Source: a virus. From it: a stretch of DNA of 64,000 nucleotides. Below, piece after piece: positions 24,066 to 32,704 of the stretch. The position numbers were made by a program, and so were the translations under genes. Location: the IMG/VR virus record IMGVR_UViG_3300025325_000001; one strand, 5' to 3'. Numbering within the stretch: the first letter of the stretch is position 1; every line of letters starts with the position of its first letter. The notes under the pieces are model-generated. The model saw nothing but the letters and a program-made list of their open reading frames with translations, was not told the origin of the DNA and searched no databases.

Positions 24066-24283
24066 ACTTCGATAGCATCGAGTATTCGGGGGATGATAAA
24101 ATCCTAACTATCCGCATGAAGGGGCATCCTAGCGATGTAATTCAAAACGCACATGCACTGGCAAACTCGGTGCTCGCATTGGAAGGTCGATGGCGTTTTA
24201 CAACCGTCGAGGGGAGCATCCGGGAAGATGAATATTACGACTCCAACATGCAGTGGCATATCATTGCAGAAGTGAAGCGATAA
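24062..24283 (+). CDS. hypothetical protein (73 aa)
   Basis: ORF track; GTG start with AAAGGAG upstream. Confidence 0.65.
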   Translation: MNFDSIEYSGDDKILTIRMKGHPSDVIQNAHALANSVLALEGRWRFTTVEGSIREDEYYDSNMQWHIIAEVKR

Positions 24284-24284
24284 A

Positions 24285-24473
24285 ATGCCAACGATTGAAG
24301 AACTCCGCGACGAAGCAGAGAAGTTTCTCCCTGATATTGCATTCCGCAGTTGTTGGGACTGCAACTCAGCGCATGAACACCTAAAGCAAATGCCCTATCC
24401 ATTCCTGTGCTTCGTTTGTGGCAAATTCTTCTACAAGGGCCAAGATATAACCGTCTACGAAGAGGAGGAATAA
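24285..24473 (+). CDS. hypothetical protein (62 aa), CWDC...CFVC zinc-ribbon-like
   Basis: ORF track. Confidence 0.6.
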   Translation: MPTIEELRDEAEKFLPDIAFRSCWDCNSAHEHLKQMPYPFLCFVCGKFFYKGQDITVYEEEE

Positions 24474-24733
24474 TGCAGCCCGAACTCTACTTCAATGGAG
24501 AAAAGGTCTCCGAGGAGGAATTCGAGCGCCTTACGGATGAAGCGAACGAGGCGATGGCCTCATACGAGCGAGAGATCGCTGCTAAGTTTGGAGTCTCCGA
24601 TCAAACCGCAAGCGCGATTGCATACCTCCGCTCACGTTCACGGTGGACTGAGGAAAAGGAATTCGAGCTAATCCAGATGGACAAAGCTGGAAATCCTATT
24701 CCTCTGTCAACCGTATTGTCGGGGGAGTTTTAA
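24473..24733 (+). CDS. hypothetical protein (86 aa)
   Basis: Internal ATG of ORF 24407..24733 with GAGGAGGAA upstream; TAATG junction. Confidence 0.65.
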   Translation: MQPELYFNGEKVSEEEFERLTDEANEAMASYEREIAAKFGVSDQTASAIAYLRSRSRWTEEKEFELIQMDKAGNPIPLSTVLSGEF

Positions 24734-24898
24734 ATGACTGACTTTGCGACGGAAGCTGTTGCACTCTTACAATCGCGAAGGGAGTTGAAAATCCAGGGAG
24801 CTACCGAGGACGTTGCGATGCTCTGGGTAATGGAAGCGATCGCGTATGCACTACTTGAAGTCGGCAAGCAAATCTCGATGCTGAATGGAAAGGAATGA
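24734..24898 (+). CDS. hypothetical protein (54 aa)
   Basis: Own translation MTDFATEAVALLQSRRELKIQGATEDVAMLWVMEAIAYALLEVGKQISMLNGKE. Stop coupled (ATGA) to 24895. Preferred over minus ORF 24730..25017. Confidence 0.5.
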   Translation: MTDFATEAVALLQSRRELKIQGATEDVAMLWVMEAIAYALLEVGKQISMLNGKE

Positions 24899-25131
24899 TG
24901 GCTAGATTCAGATGGATAGGTTGGTTCGACGGTGCGGAAGATTGCGAACCTCCTGAGCCTGGAAAGTTCTGGATTGAGATTCAGGACGGGTTTGAGGAAT
25001 ATGCAATTATCGTTCATAGAACCTCAAAGGAATTCGATCAACTCGACGACACGGTTCTACAGAAAGAGCGAGACGCGCGGCATATCGTAGATTGTCTCAA
25101 CTATATGGAAGGAAGGACTATCAATGTCTGA
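24895..25131 (+). CDS. hypothetical protein (78 aa)
   Basis: ORF track; GGAAAGGA upstream. Confidence 0.65.
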   Translation: MMARFRWIGWFDGAEDCEPPEPGKFWIEIQDGFEEYAIIVHRTSKEFDQLDDTVLQKERDARHIVDCLNYMEGRTINV

Positions 25132-25318
25132 GAAGCAGCGTGCAGTAGTCACCCATGAGGTAGACCCACATGGCGATCCTGATGAGCCTGTCATCCGCTT
25201 AGAGGATGGACGCACTACCCGCCCAATTTGGTGCGACAGGTACGTGCTTTTGGGCACAGAAGGATGGGCAGAATTTGTTACCGACCGTAACGCGTGGAGG
25301 TTCACGCCTGATGAATAA
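25124..25318 (+). CDS. hypothetical protein (64 aa)
   Basis: ORF track; GGAAGGAAGGA upstream. Confidence 0.6.
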   Translation: MSEKQRAVVTHEVDPHGDPDEPVIRLEDGRTTRPIWCDRYVLLGTEGWAEFVTDRNAWRFTPDE

Positions 25319-25514
25319 TGACACCTGGACTTGCCATGTCTGCGGAAAGGAACGCCCTGACAATAAAATCTCCGTGTATTCCAGCATTCGATACATTGGA
25401 GATTTACCCTTTACGCAAAACGTGCGTTACTGTAATGACTATCATTCTTGCATTGAAGGAGCCAGGCATGTAAACTTCCTGCGATCTGTCGAGGAGGAAC
25501 CTCGTGGAGCCTAG
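25311..25514 (+). CDS. hypothetical Cys-containing protein (67 aa)
   Basis: Internal ATG of ORF 25206..25514 (MNNDTWTCHVCGKERPDN...). Confidence 0.6.
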   Translation: MNNDTWTCHVCGKERPDNKISVYSSIRYIGDLPFTQNVRYCNDYHSCIEGARHVNFLRSVEEEPRGA

Positions 25515-25719
25515 TGAAAAGAGTCCACAGTGGGGGAAGTTCCTCGAAGAGAACTTCGGACGTACAACTGCAATCACAGGAGGCAACTGTGTACCACCGC
25601 CTATCGGATGCGGTAAGCCAGTAGAAGGTTTCCGCGATAGACTTTCGGAAAAGGAATACACAATCTCAGGTCTGTGCCAGAACTGCCAAGACGAAATCTT
25701 CGGAGTAGATGATGAGTAG
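25504..25719 (+). CDS. hypothetical protein (71 aa), C...CG...CQNC
   Basis: ORF track; GTG start with GAGGAGGAA upstream. Confidence 0.6.
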   Translation: MEPSEKSPQWGKFLEENFGRTTAITGGNCVPPPIGCGKPVEGFRDRLSEKEYTISGLCQNCQDEIFGVDDE

Positions 25720-25939
25720 TTACTTTGCAATCGGTAACGATGAGTTGAACGAATCGCCCCCGCTCAAGATTGGCGATGCAATTCTGTGCCCGAACTGCGG
25801 GGGCAGTCATATCGTGTTTGGGGGCACGAATGCTAAGACGGGTGAGGAAACCGACGAGCTTCTTGCCTACAAATGCGGCGATCAACCATACCTTGCCGGT
25901 GTAGTGGGTAAGAATGTCATGCGGAGGTTTATGAAATGA
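25709..25939 (+). CDS. hypothetical protein (76 aa), CPNCGG zinc-ribbon-like
   Basis: ORF track. Confidence 0.6.
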   Translation: MMSSYFAIGNDELNESPPLKIGDAILCPNCGGSHIVFGGTNAKTGEETDELLAYKCGDQPYLAGVVGKNVMRRFMK

Positions 25940-26029
25940 AGTGGAGGCTAAACTAATGGAGGCGGCAGGATGGAAATGAAAATCTGCTCCGTTTGCGGAC
26001 AAGGAGAATGAGGACGTTGGCTATGTTAT

Positions 26030-26203
26030 TTGGATCGCTTTGAGAAGGCGAAGTTAGCTGTATGCGTGACCGCGGACGAATGGTGTTGGGAATCGAGTAA
26101 CGAAACCGAACGGAAGCTGAGGGACGCTGTGGCAGAATGGCGTACTGCGTTAGGCTTGCTTAGACTACATGAATATACAAAGTACGAGGGAAGGATAGAT
26201 TGA
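26030..26203 (+). CDS. hypothetical protein (57 aa from TTG; start unresolved)
   Basis: Own translation (M)DRFEKAKLAVCVTADEWCWESSNETERKLRDAVAEWRTALGLLRLHEYTKYEGRID. Stop coupled (TGATG) to 26203. Same frame as a 13-codon SD-preceded ORF at 25970, separated by one TGA (see findings). Confidence 0.35.
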   Translation: MDRFEKAKLAVCVTADEWCWESSNETERKLRDAVAEWRTALGLLRLHEYTKYEGRID

Positions 26204-26541
26204 TGATCCCCTGTCTAGGTTGCGGACAACTCGAAGGCATCGAGGAGTATGACGACGCACTTTGGGATCTCTATCACAGATGGGACGGTGGAGGCAGGCA
26301 ATATCAAGAGCCTCTTGTATTTACAGGTGATTGGCTAGCAGAGAATATCTACGACGATGACGACGTTGCGGCGGTCAAACTAGCGATGGAAAAGAACATG
26401 GACGAGCGTGGTCTCTGCACCGAATGTGGCAGACCAGATTTGCGTGGCCTAACCGATAAAGATTTCCTCTCAGAAGAGAATGCTCGTGAAATCGCAGATA
26501 TGTATGCGGAAATGGCGGCCGAAAGGAGGATGGGCGCATGA
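26203..26541 (+). CDS. hypothetical protein (112 aa), CLGCG...CTECG
   Basis: ATG 26203 inside ORF 26200..26541; GAGGGAAGGA upstream. Confidence 0.7.
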   Translation: MIPCLGCGQLEGIEEYDDALWDLYHRWDGGGRQYQEPLVFTGDWLAENIYDDDDVAAVKLAMEKNMDERGLCTECGRPDLRGLTDKDFLSEENAREIADMYAEMAAERRMGA

Positions 26542-26678
26542 AATATCTTGCAGCAATTCCTGTGATCTTAGGATTTATGATCCTTGACATCGTGTTGTGC
26601 CTTCCCGCGATGTTCATAGAAATCGGTAGTTGGCCTTGGTCTTACAATTTCGCTCGCCAGGTCTGGGGATTGAAATGA
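26538..26678 (+). CDS. 46-aa membrane mini-protein
   Basis: Own translation MKYLAAIPVILGFMILDIVLCLPAMFIEIGSWPWSYNFARQVWGLK. ATGA coupling at both ends. Confidence 0.45.
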   Translation: MKYLAAIPVILGFMILDIVLCLPAMFIEIGSWPWSYNFARQVWGLK

Positions 26679-27133
26679 CCTATGAGGAGTACAGGGAAAC
26701 TCTGGTTACAGGCGATTATCCGTGGTTTGTAGCAAGAAAGTTGAGGCAAGGTGAGTCCTGCGTAATCGGCTATGCACCACAGAACGGCACCAACTACACG
26801 CTCGTATTCACGCCTGTAGTGGTTCATCCTGATTTGCTAGTCGAGCTTCCGACTGATAGACCGGGGGGAGAAGCAGTAATCTCTAACTTCGGTTTTCCCG
26901 AAGGTATGACTGGAATTAGCAAGTCGATGATCCAAGAGGGGAGTACATGGGCGTATGTTAGTTGGATGAATCACGGTTGCTATCTTTTCCGACTTGGAGG
27001 TTTTGCTCATTGGAGCTATATCGCTGAGAAGTTCGACATTCGTGAGAGCACAATCGGAGATGCATTTGCACTCGCGGCCCTATTCGAAGATATCGCAAAG
27101 GAGCTAGTCAGAGATGAAGTACAAGCATCGTGA
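26675..27133 (+). CDS. hypothetical protein (152 aa)
   Basis: Internal ATG of ORF 26630..27133 (MTYEEYRETLVTGDYPWF...). Confidence 0.7.
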   Translation: MTYEEYRETLVTGDYPWFVARKLRQGESCVIGYAPQNGTNYTLVFTPVVVHPDLLVELPTDRPGGEAVISNFGFPEGMTGISKSMIQEGSTWAYVSWMNHGCYLFRLGGFAHWSYIAEKFDIRESTIGDAFALAALFEDIAKELVRDEVQAS

Positions 27134-27524
27134 TGAACTGGTCGAAGGTTTGCGAGCACTCGCAGATTTCATCGAAGAGAAAGGTTTGGAACTGCCTATT
27201 GATACTCCATACCTAGCACTTGAAGAGTACATCTACCAGAACTATTCCTCTAGTCGGCATCCGCGTACACAGCGACAAGAGTTGCAACGTGCCGCTATTA
27301 CATTGGGCCGTGCAGAAAAGGAGTTCGAATACAACTTTACGCTTACTCGCAACTTCGGCGAGTTTGTAAAGCTTCGGTTCTCTGTTCCTCGCGAGACTGT
27401 TTGCAAGCGCGTCGTAAAGGGCAAGAGGCATATCCCTGCGCAAACGACCGAAGCCTATGATGAGGAAATTGTGGAATGGATCTGCACCGACCCAATTCTC
27501 GTAGGAGTTTCTAAGGATGAGTAA
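27114..27524 (+). CDS. hypothetical protein (136 aa)
   Basis: ORF track; AAAGGAG upstream. Confidence 0.7.
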   Translation: MKYKHRDELVEGLRALADFIEEKGLELPIDTPYLALEEYIYQNYSSSRHPRTQRQELQRAAITLGRAEKEFEYNFTLTRNFGEFVKLRFSVPRETVCKRVVKGKRHIPAQTTEAYDEEIVEWICTDPILVGVSKDE

Positions 27525-27666
27525 GGCTCGGAGAAATCGGAAGATTCGCGAGGAGGCTCGTGAATTGAATCCCAAAAAGATCCGTTCGATTGCGAGACGC
27601 ATTCGCAGGAATCGAAACCCATCTAAGTACGACGAGAAGAGGATCGATGCTGATTCTGGCGATTGA
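27517..27666 (+). CDS. 49-aa basic mini-protein
   Basis: Own translation MSKARRNRKIREEARELNPKKIRSIARRIRRNRNPSKYDEKRIDADSGD; overlaps neighbours. Confidence 0.35.
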   Translation: MSKARRNRKIREEARELNPKKIRSIARRIRRNRNPSKYDEKRIDADSGD

Positions 27667-27808
27667 GGAACAGCCTGGGGTGCCAAAAACCTACAAAGTA
27701 ATCGTAGATGGAAAGGTCGTCTCAGAGCATCCTTATAGGGGTACGGCATTGATGCAGCTTGCGGAAGAACTTGACAAAAAGATGTTCCCTCGAAGATATG
27801 GAGACTAG
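27647..27808 (+). CDS. hypothetical protein (53 aa)
   Basis: Internal ATG of ORF 27590..27808 with GAAGAGGA upstream (MLILAIEEQPGVPKTYK...). Confidence 0.5.
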   Translation: MLILAIEEQPGVPKTYKVIVDGKVVSEHPYRGTALMQLAEELDKKMFPRRYGD

Positions 27809-27811
27809 CTA

Positions 27812-28051
27812 ATGAATTCTCTACGTGAAGCGGCAGAGAAGGAACTTGTAGGCCACATTCAGAAGTGCTTTGAGACTACAACTGCCATTCGAGATGAGTT
27901 GCGCAAGTTGCAGGGAGTGACCGACTTCTCTGAGCTTCCCGATGAAGAATTGGTACAGTACAATGAGTTCTTGAAAGGGAGCAATGCTAATCTACCATTT
28001 CTTCATATAATAACTCTTATCTTGTCTAAGAGAGCTAAAGTCGATGCCTGA
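27812..28051 (+). CDS. hypothetical protein (79 aa)
   Basis: ORF track; TGGAGA upstream. Confidence 0.65.
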   Translation: MNSLREAAEKELVGHIQKCFETTTAIRDELRKLQGVTDFSELPDEELVQYNEFLKGSNANLPFLHIITLILSKRAKVDA

Positions 28052-28502
28052 AATAGGCTTCACCGGCACGCGCAAGGGGCTGACTCTTGACCAGCGAGAG
28101 ACAGTCAGAGACATTCTTGCGCACTTCTTTGTACCTGATACCGGGTGTGAATTTCATCATGGAAACTGCATAGGCGCAGACGAACAAGCCCTAGAGATTG
28201 CTAGAGCTATTGGCTATTGGATCGTTGCCCACCCTGCTAAGGAACTGGATAAGTACCAGCTCGATATCTTTACCTTTGCCTCCGATGAAGCTCGGAATTA
28301 CAAACTTCCACTCAGGAGGAACAAGGATATCGTAAATGAGACTGATTATCTAATTGCTTGCCCAAACGAACATTCAGAACCTAAGCCCGCTCGTGGGCAA
28401 GGCACATGGTCAACGGTCAGGTATGCAAGGAACTGTCGCTATGGCTATCCATTTGTGATAGTATGGCCCGATGGTACGTTCGTAGAGGAGGGGGCCGAGT
28501 GA
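28044..28502 (+). CDS. SLOG-superfamily (DUF2493/YpsA-like) protein, 152 aa
   Basis: The pattern GFTGTRKGLT...HHGNCIGADEQALEIARAIGYWIVAHPA matches the Rossmann-like GTR...G-GAD...A signature of DUF2493-type proteins, from memory. Confidence 0.7.
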   Translation: MPEIGFTGTRKGLTLDQRETVRDILAHFFVPDTGCEFHHGNCIGADEQALEIARAIGYWIVAHPAKELDKYQLDIFTFASDEARNYKLPLRRNKDIVNETDYLIACPNEHSEPKPARGQGTWSTVRYARNCRYGYPFVIVWPDGTFVEEGAE

Positions 28503-28696
28503 AGAACCCACAAGAGTACGTCGATCTGATGCAGGAATTCATCGAGACGAGACACAAGGCAGTAAAGATCGACAAGGCCACTAAGGAGGACGCAGCCTGC
28601 CTCACAATGGTCGCATACCTAAAGGAGCTTCCCGTTGAAGTCCTTAATCGAAAAGGAATCGTTGCACTAAGGAGACTAGATGCTTCAGAAGATTGA
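28499..28696 (+). CDS. hypothetical protein (65 aa)
   Basis: GTG 28499 inside ORF 28406..28696. GTGA coupling; GAGGAGGGGG upstream. Confidence 0.6.
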   Translation: MKNPQEYVDLMQEFIETRHKAVKIDKATKEDAACLTMVAYLKELPVEVLNRKGIVALRRLDASED

Positions 28697-29378
28697 AGCC
28701 CTACTTAGAAAGGCTGAATCCACTCCCTATGAAGAGGAGGCTGCGCTCTTTTATGCAAAAGCTCAAGAGCTTATGGAGCGCTACGCCATTTCCGAGGAGG
28801 CCCTCTGGCAGCTAGATCCTTCGAAGACTGAGAAGCCGATCATTGAGTCGGTGGAGATAAAGGGCGATGCCTCCTGGGAGAAGTTCTCACTATTCTCTGT
28901 ACTAGCCGATTGTAATCGCTGCAAAGCCTGGAAGGATACTGGGAGGGACTATCGAGGAAGAACATACTACGTAAGGATCGCGGGATATCCATCAGACGTT
29001 GCATTTGTAGAGGCAATGTATGCTTCACTCCTGCTACAGATGGATCTTGCCTGTGTAATTGCGGAGGTAGAGGAGAACTACGTCGAGTCTCTACGGACAT
29101 GGCGAATTTCGTTTACGGAAGGATTTGTTGCACGAGTCGAGCGCCGCCTGAGGGAACAGCATAAAAGGCGAAACCCCTCCACAGGAGGTAAAGAACTCGT
29201 CCTCGCTCGCGAAAAGAAAGTAGATGATTTCGTCGATGCACAGGGTATTTCCTTCAGCCCGCTTAGCTTTAATCGGAATTCCTACGACGAAGTTGCCTAC
29301 GAAGCAGGTTCCAAGGCGGGGGATTCCGCCGATATCGGTAACGTCAGACTTCCCGGAAGGAGGAAAGAACTTGGATAA
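28680..29378 (+). CDS. DUF2786-like protein (232 aa)
   Basis: N-terminus MLQKIEALLRKAESTPYEEEAALFYAKAQELMERYAISEEAL matches the DUF2786 signature from memory. AAGGAG upstream. Confidence 0.8.
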   Translation: MLQKIEALLRKAESTPYEEEAALFYAKAQELMERYAISEEALWQLDPSKTEKPIIESVEIKGDASWEKFSLFSVLADCNRCKAWKDTGRDYRGRTYYVRIAGYPSDVAFVEAMYASLLLQMDLACVIAEVEENYVESLRTWRISFTEGFVARVERRLREQHKRRNPSTGGKELVLAREKKVDDFVDAQGISFSPLSFNRNSYDEVAYEAGSKAGDSADIGNVRLPGRRKELG

Positions 29379-29568
29379 CGATTCAGGATACGAACTTTCC
29401 GATCCAAAGCATCCAACGTTCTATGAGAGGATAGTAGATGTGTGGGACAATCGAGAGAAGATCGAAGCTCCTCGATGTCCGTATTGTGGTCGAGTAATGA
29501 GCAACCGAGAAAAAGCAGAGCAAGGAGCATGCAATGACTGCTATGGAGGAGCATGGATTCCATGCTAG
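29371..29568 (+). CDS. hypothetical zinc-ribbon protein (65 aa)
   Basis: TTG start 7 nt after GGAAGGAGGAAAG inside ORF 29224..29568. CPYCGRVMS...CNDCYGG. Confidence 0.5.
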   Translation: MDNDSGYELSDPKHPTFYERIVDVWDNREKIEAPRCPYCGRVMSNREKAEQGACNDCYGGAWIPC

Positions 29569-29918
29569 CTGAACAGTTCTTTCACACTCTAGACGATAGC
29601 GATCTTGAGCGTTTGCATTGGGCAACTGCCCAAGAGATCGACAGGAGAGGAGGTCATGTGGATAGCTATGCAGCCCCGCACATCTGGAATCTGGTCGCAA
29701 AGATTCTACGTGAGAACTACTCTGTGGAGCCATCTATAACAGATACGGATCTAATTGATAAGCTTGCAAGCAGGCGTGCCGTAGAAGAAATCGCGCTTGC
29801 GTTTGCTAGAAGGTTCGCTGAAGATGAAGGCTTTGATCCGATTGCGTGGCTCGACAAGTGCAGCCCCGATCCAGAAGCATTCCCGTTTAGCGAGCTATGG
29901 GAGGAAGTCGAACTATGA
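29553..29918 (+). CDS. hypothetical protein (121 aa)
   Basis: ORF track; TGGAGGAG upstream. Confidence 0.65.
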   Translation: MDSMLAEQFFHTLDDSDLERLHWATAQEIDRRGGHVDSYAAPHIWNLVAKILRENYSVEPSITDTDLIDKLASRRAVEEIALAFARRFAEDEGFDPIAWLDKCSPDPEAFPFSELWEEVEL

Positions 29919-30088
29919 ATGAAGGAGCGATAGTTCGCAAAACTCTCTTTGTCGTGCAGATATCATACAACGAAATGCTAGTGGAAGACGTGTCGCAAGG
30001 AGAGCCGGGACAGGGATACTACATCATCCGTGCTGTAAATGACGGTCAGGACGCAATGTTTAATGTCAAACGACTAGTGGAGAAATGA
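29915..30088 (+). CDS. hypothetical protein (57 aa)
   Basis: Internal ATG of ORF 29897..30088; ATGA coupling. Confidence 0.6.
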   Translation: MNEGAIVRKTLFVVQISYNEMLVEDVSQGEPGQGYYIIRAVNDGQDAMFNVKRLVEK

Positions 30089-30414
30089 TGGACTTCGAAC
30101 TACACTATTTTGGTCTGAACAGTCTGATTCAGTTCCTCGAAAATAACGGTGATAAACTCCTCCGCGTAGGGTTTTCCAATCCACATTCTTATCGGGGGTA
30201 CTACGAGCAGTTAGCGTTCGAACCTATTACAAGTGGTGCGCAGTCATGCGCCCACGCTCTCGAAATAGTGCGACCGTGCCTTGGGCAAGTCTTCGAAGGC
30301 TACAAAGGGAGCGAATACACAATGCATGGGTATACCGAGTGCTGGTTCGCCTGGTACGGTCAAAGCGGGGGGCAGCAGATTGGGGATATGCTAATGGAGT
30401 TGCTTGTGATGTAG
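30085..30414 (+). CDS. hypothetical protein (109 aa)
   Basis: ORF track; ATGA coupling. Confidence 0.7.
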   Translation: MMDFELHYFGLNSLIQFLENNGDKLLRVGFSNPHSYRGYYEQLAFEPITSGAQSCAHALEIVRPCLGQVFEGYKGSEYTMHGYTECWFAWYGQSGGQQIGDMLMELLVM

Positions 30415-31512
30415 ATGCCTATTCGTAAGGACGTAAACGAAGTTCTCGACATGCTTCGAAGTCTTGGCCTTGAGCCAGTAATGGAGTCTGGTCGAGGACA
30501 TTACAAAGTCCGCGATCCTAGAACGGGGGTATTTCTATTTGGAGTAAGCTCTAGTCCTTCAGATCCGAATTGGCGCTGGATGATTATGCGCCATCTCCGG
30601 CGTTTGGGCTTGCTACGAAAAGGAGAATACAAGAAGTACAAGAAAGGCGGTAACATAAGACGAGGCAAGCCTGCGATCGATCTTGTAGCTTTAAAGAAAG
30701 CACAGGATGCCGCCGCAGCAGCAGGGCAGAGGATTCCAACTCTCGATGATTTGGAAGACTCTACTGAGTTCTTTACCAGGATCAAAGAAGCATCCAATGT
30801 CACCCATTATTCACCAGAAGCACAAGAGGAGGCAATAGAGATAATGGCCGCAACAGCAGACGCACCAAGAGTAAACTACGTGATCCAGCGTCTTCGAAAG
30901 CTGTTTGATGAAAAGTCAGATGAGTTGGAAGCGTTGGGGAGAGAACGCCAAATAGCTAAGATGGGGCACGCAAGAGGCTTGGGCGGTGGCAGAGGCAGCC
31001 GTGCTGAATTTGTCCGCATCGCAATTGAGGACGTTGCACCGAAGCGGAAGCTGCGGGCATGGAAGACTGAAAGCTCGGGTCAGCAAACGCTTCATTCTAT
31101 CTTAGATAAAGACCAGAAAGGTCTCTCCGTATGGGTTCTGACCCTGCTTGAGGCTACAATGGATCATATCGATGGTCTTAAGTGGGGTGAAATCGATGAG
31201 TCTCGTATAGCTCCACCACCCGAGACACAGTTTGCTCCTAAAAGCCCATTTCCTCAGCCGCCTCTTGAGAGCGAAGAAAAGGGATTGCTGCCTGATAAGG
31301 AGATCCCTGGCAAGCCTGCCGATATCGAAGTAGAGGAAATTCCTGCTCGTCCTTGGCCCGCTCTCTTTACTCCCGCAGTAGAGCTTGTAAGCGACGATCA
31401 GATCAAGGAGAAGTATGCAGAGATTCTTCTTGAGCATCTTCGCAACAGCAGTCCTGATAAGCTCCCGAAGGAAGTCCTCGAACGTCTAGATAGGATGGTG
31501 GGTCTTGCCTAA
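30415..31512 (+). CDS. hypothetical protein (365 aa), basic N-terminal domain and Pro/Glu-rich C-terminal half
   Basis: ORF track. ATG directly after the upstream TAG. No secure motif. Confidence 0.8.
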   Translation: MPIRKDVNEVLDMLRSLGLEPVMESGRGHYKVRDPRTGVFLFGVSSSPSDPNWRWMIMRHLRRLGLLRKGEYKKYKKGGNIRRGKPAIDLVALKKAQDAAAAAGQRIPTLDDLEDSTEFFTRIKEASNVTHYSPEAQEEAIEIMAATADAPRVNYVIQRLRKLFDEKSDELEALGRERQIAKMGHARGLGGGRGSRAEFVRIAIEDVAPKRKLRAWKTESSGQQTLHSILDKDQKGLSVWVLTLLEATMDHIDGLKWGEIDESRIAPPPETQFAPKSPFPQPPLESEEKGLLPDKEIPGKPADIEVEEIPARPWPALFTPAVELVSDDQIKEKYAEILLEHLRNSSPDKLPKEVLERLDRMVGLA

Positions 31513-31687
31513 ATCTGTATTAATCGGAGAGATCGAAGGCTTTGTCAGGGTAGTTCAGGAGCAGGATGCCATCCAGATTGGTGAGGACGAATTCGATGTA
31601 GAGTTCCTTGCGGAATGGGTAAGCAACAATCTACCAGCGGAGGGACAATACGTGCGCATCATAGTCATGGCTTTTCCAGGAGCTTGA
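31505..31687 (+). CDS. hypothetical protein (60 aa)
   Basis: ORF track; TTG start. Confidence 0.5.
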   Translation: MPKSVLIGEIEGFVRVVQEQDAIQIGEDEFDVEFLAEWVSNNLPAEGQYVRIIVMAFPGA

Positions 31688-31688
31688 T

Positions 31689-31922
31689 ATGATCGAGGAA
31701 TCTCCGTTCAGACTTTTCGAATTGACTATACGTGTTCATGTCTCTAGGCACCGAACGAGGCTCCCGCATACATTTGCAGAGTGGATCGAAGTGGCGTTTG
31801 GGATATCGGAGGATCAATTAAGCGCAAGCGGGACAAGTCTTGAGCTTATCAAAGAGCTAAGATATCCACTGGCAGAGGATGTAGTTGAATACAGGCGAAG
31901 CGACGACAGGAGGTATTGGTGA
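31689..31922 (+). CDS. hypothetical protein (77 aa)
   Basis: ORF track; CAGGAG upstream. Confidence 0.6.
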   Translation: MIEESPFRLFELTIRVHVSRHRTRLPHTFAEWIEVAFGISEDQLSASGTSLELIKELRYPLAEDVVEYRRSDDRRYW

Positions 31923-32458
31923 ATGCCGCTCAGTTGTACGATGGTGAGCTGTACGCCTACTTCGAAGACCCCCCTCGGGGTCGTACCCCTTTGGGGGCGG
32001 CCAAGGTTAGACTTCGAGGATCTGAGACTCGAAAGTCAACGTGGGACACCAATCGTAGAACCTATGCTATGGTCACTGTTGTCGAACCTGGCAACATAGA
32101 GGGGTCCTACAGTCGGGGGCTACATACGAGAGTCAGAGTGGGGCAGGAGCTTACCGTCCCCGCTAGACATCTGATCGATTTCTGGTCAGACTATGAGGCT
32201 GAAGCTAATCTCCTGCGCCAAGAGCGTGATGAGCGCAAGACCAAAGCGCGCAGACATGCTCTACGAGAGCAGGTCATTAGCAGTCTGGTTACTTGGAAGC
32301 TTCAGCATGAAAAGGGAATTCACATTCCCATTGCAATCCTCGATGTGTATGAGGACGGTTCAGGCTTTGTGAAGTTCCAGCTAAAAGAGATAATGGACTG
32401 GCTAGAGATAGACCCCGAAGCAATCGAAGAGAAGATCGATGAGCTGATGGAGGCTTGA
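31916..32458 (+). CDS. hypothetical protein (180 aa)
   Basis: ORF track; GTG start with AGGAGG upstream. Confidence 0.7.
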   Translation: MVNAAQLYDGELYAYFEDPPRGRTPLGAAKVRLRGSETRKSTWDTNRRTYAMVTVVEPGNIEGSYSRGLHTRVRVGQELTVPARHLIDFWSDYEAEANLLRQERDERKTKARRHALREQVISSLVTWKLQHEKGIHIPIAILDVYEDGSGFVKFQLKEIMDWLEIDPEAIEEKIDELMEA

Positions 32459-32704
32459 GTGGATAGGGCTACAAAGCACCATAAGTGGGAGGGCTGGCAG
32501 AGCAGACTTGGAACGTCCGCTCTAGATCCGCTACAGGTCATGGACATGCAGGAGGCAATTCGCAAGCGTCGCAAGTCTGTGATAGTACAGGGTAAAGAGT
32601 TCCTACTTACGTACTACGGTGACAATCATGTCTACTATCGGCCAGGGGATGACAGCTTCGCTCCTGCTGGTCATCTGAATATCAAACGATTCCTGGAGGA
32701 TTAG
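32459..32704 (+). CDS. hypothetical protein (81 aa)
   Basis: ORF track; GTG right after TGA; GGAGG 5 nt upstream. Confidence 0.6.
   Translation: MDRATKHHKWEGWQSRLGTSALDPLQVMDMQEAIRKRRKSVIVQGKEFLLTYYGDNHVYYRPGDDSFAPAGHLNIKRFLED

Noticed and set aside
23581-25017. Minus-strand ORFs 23581..23766, 24104..24364 and 24730..25017
   Set aside because: Each is antisense to plus-strand ORFs that have SDs and ATGA/TAATG coupling. There is no supporting signal on the minus strand.
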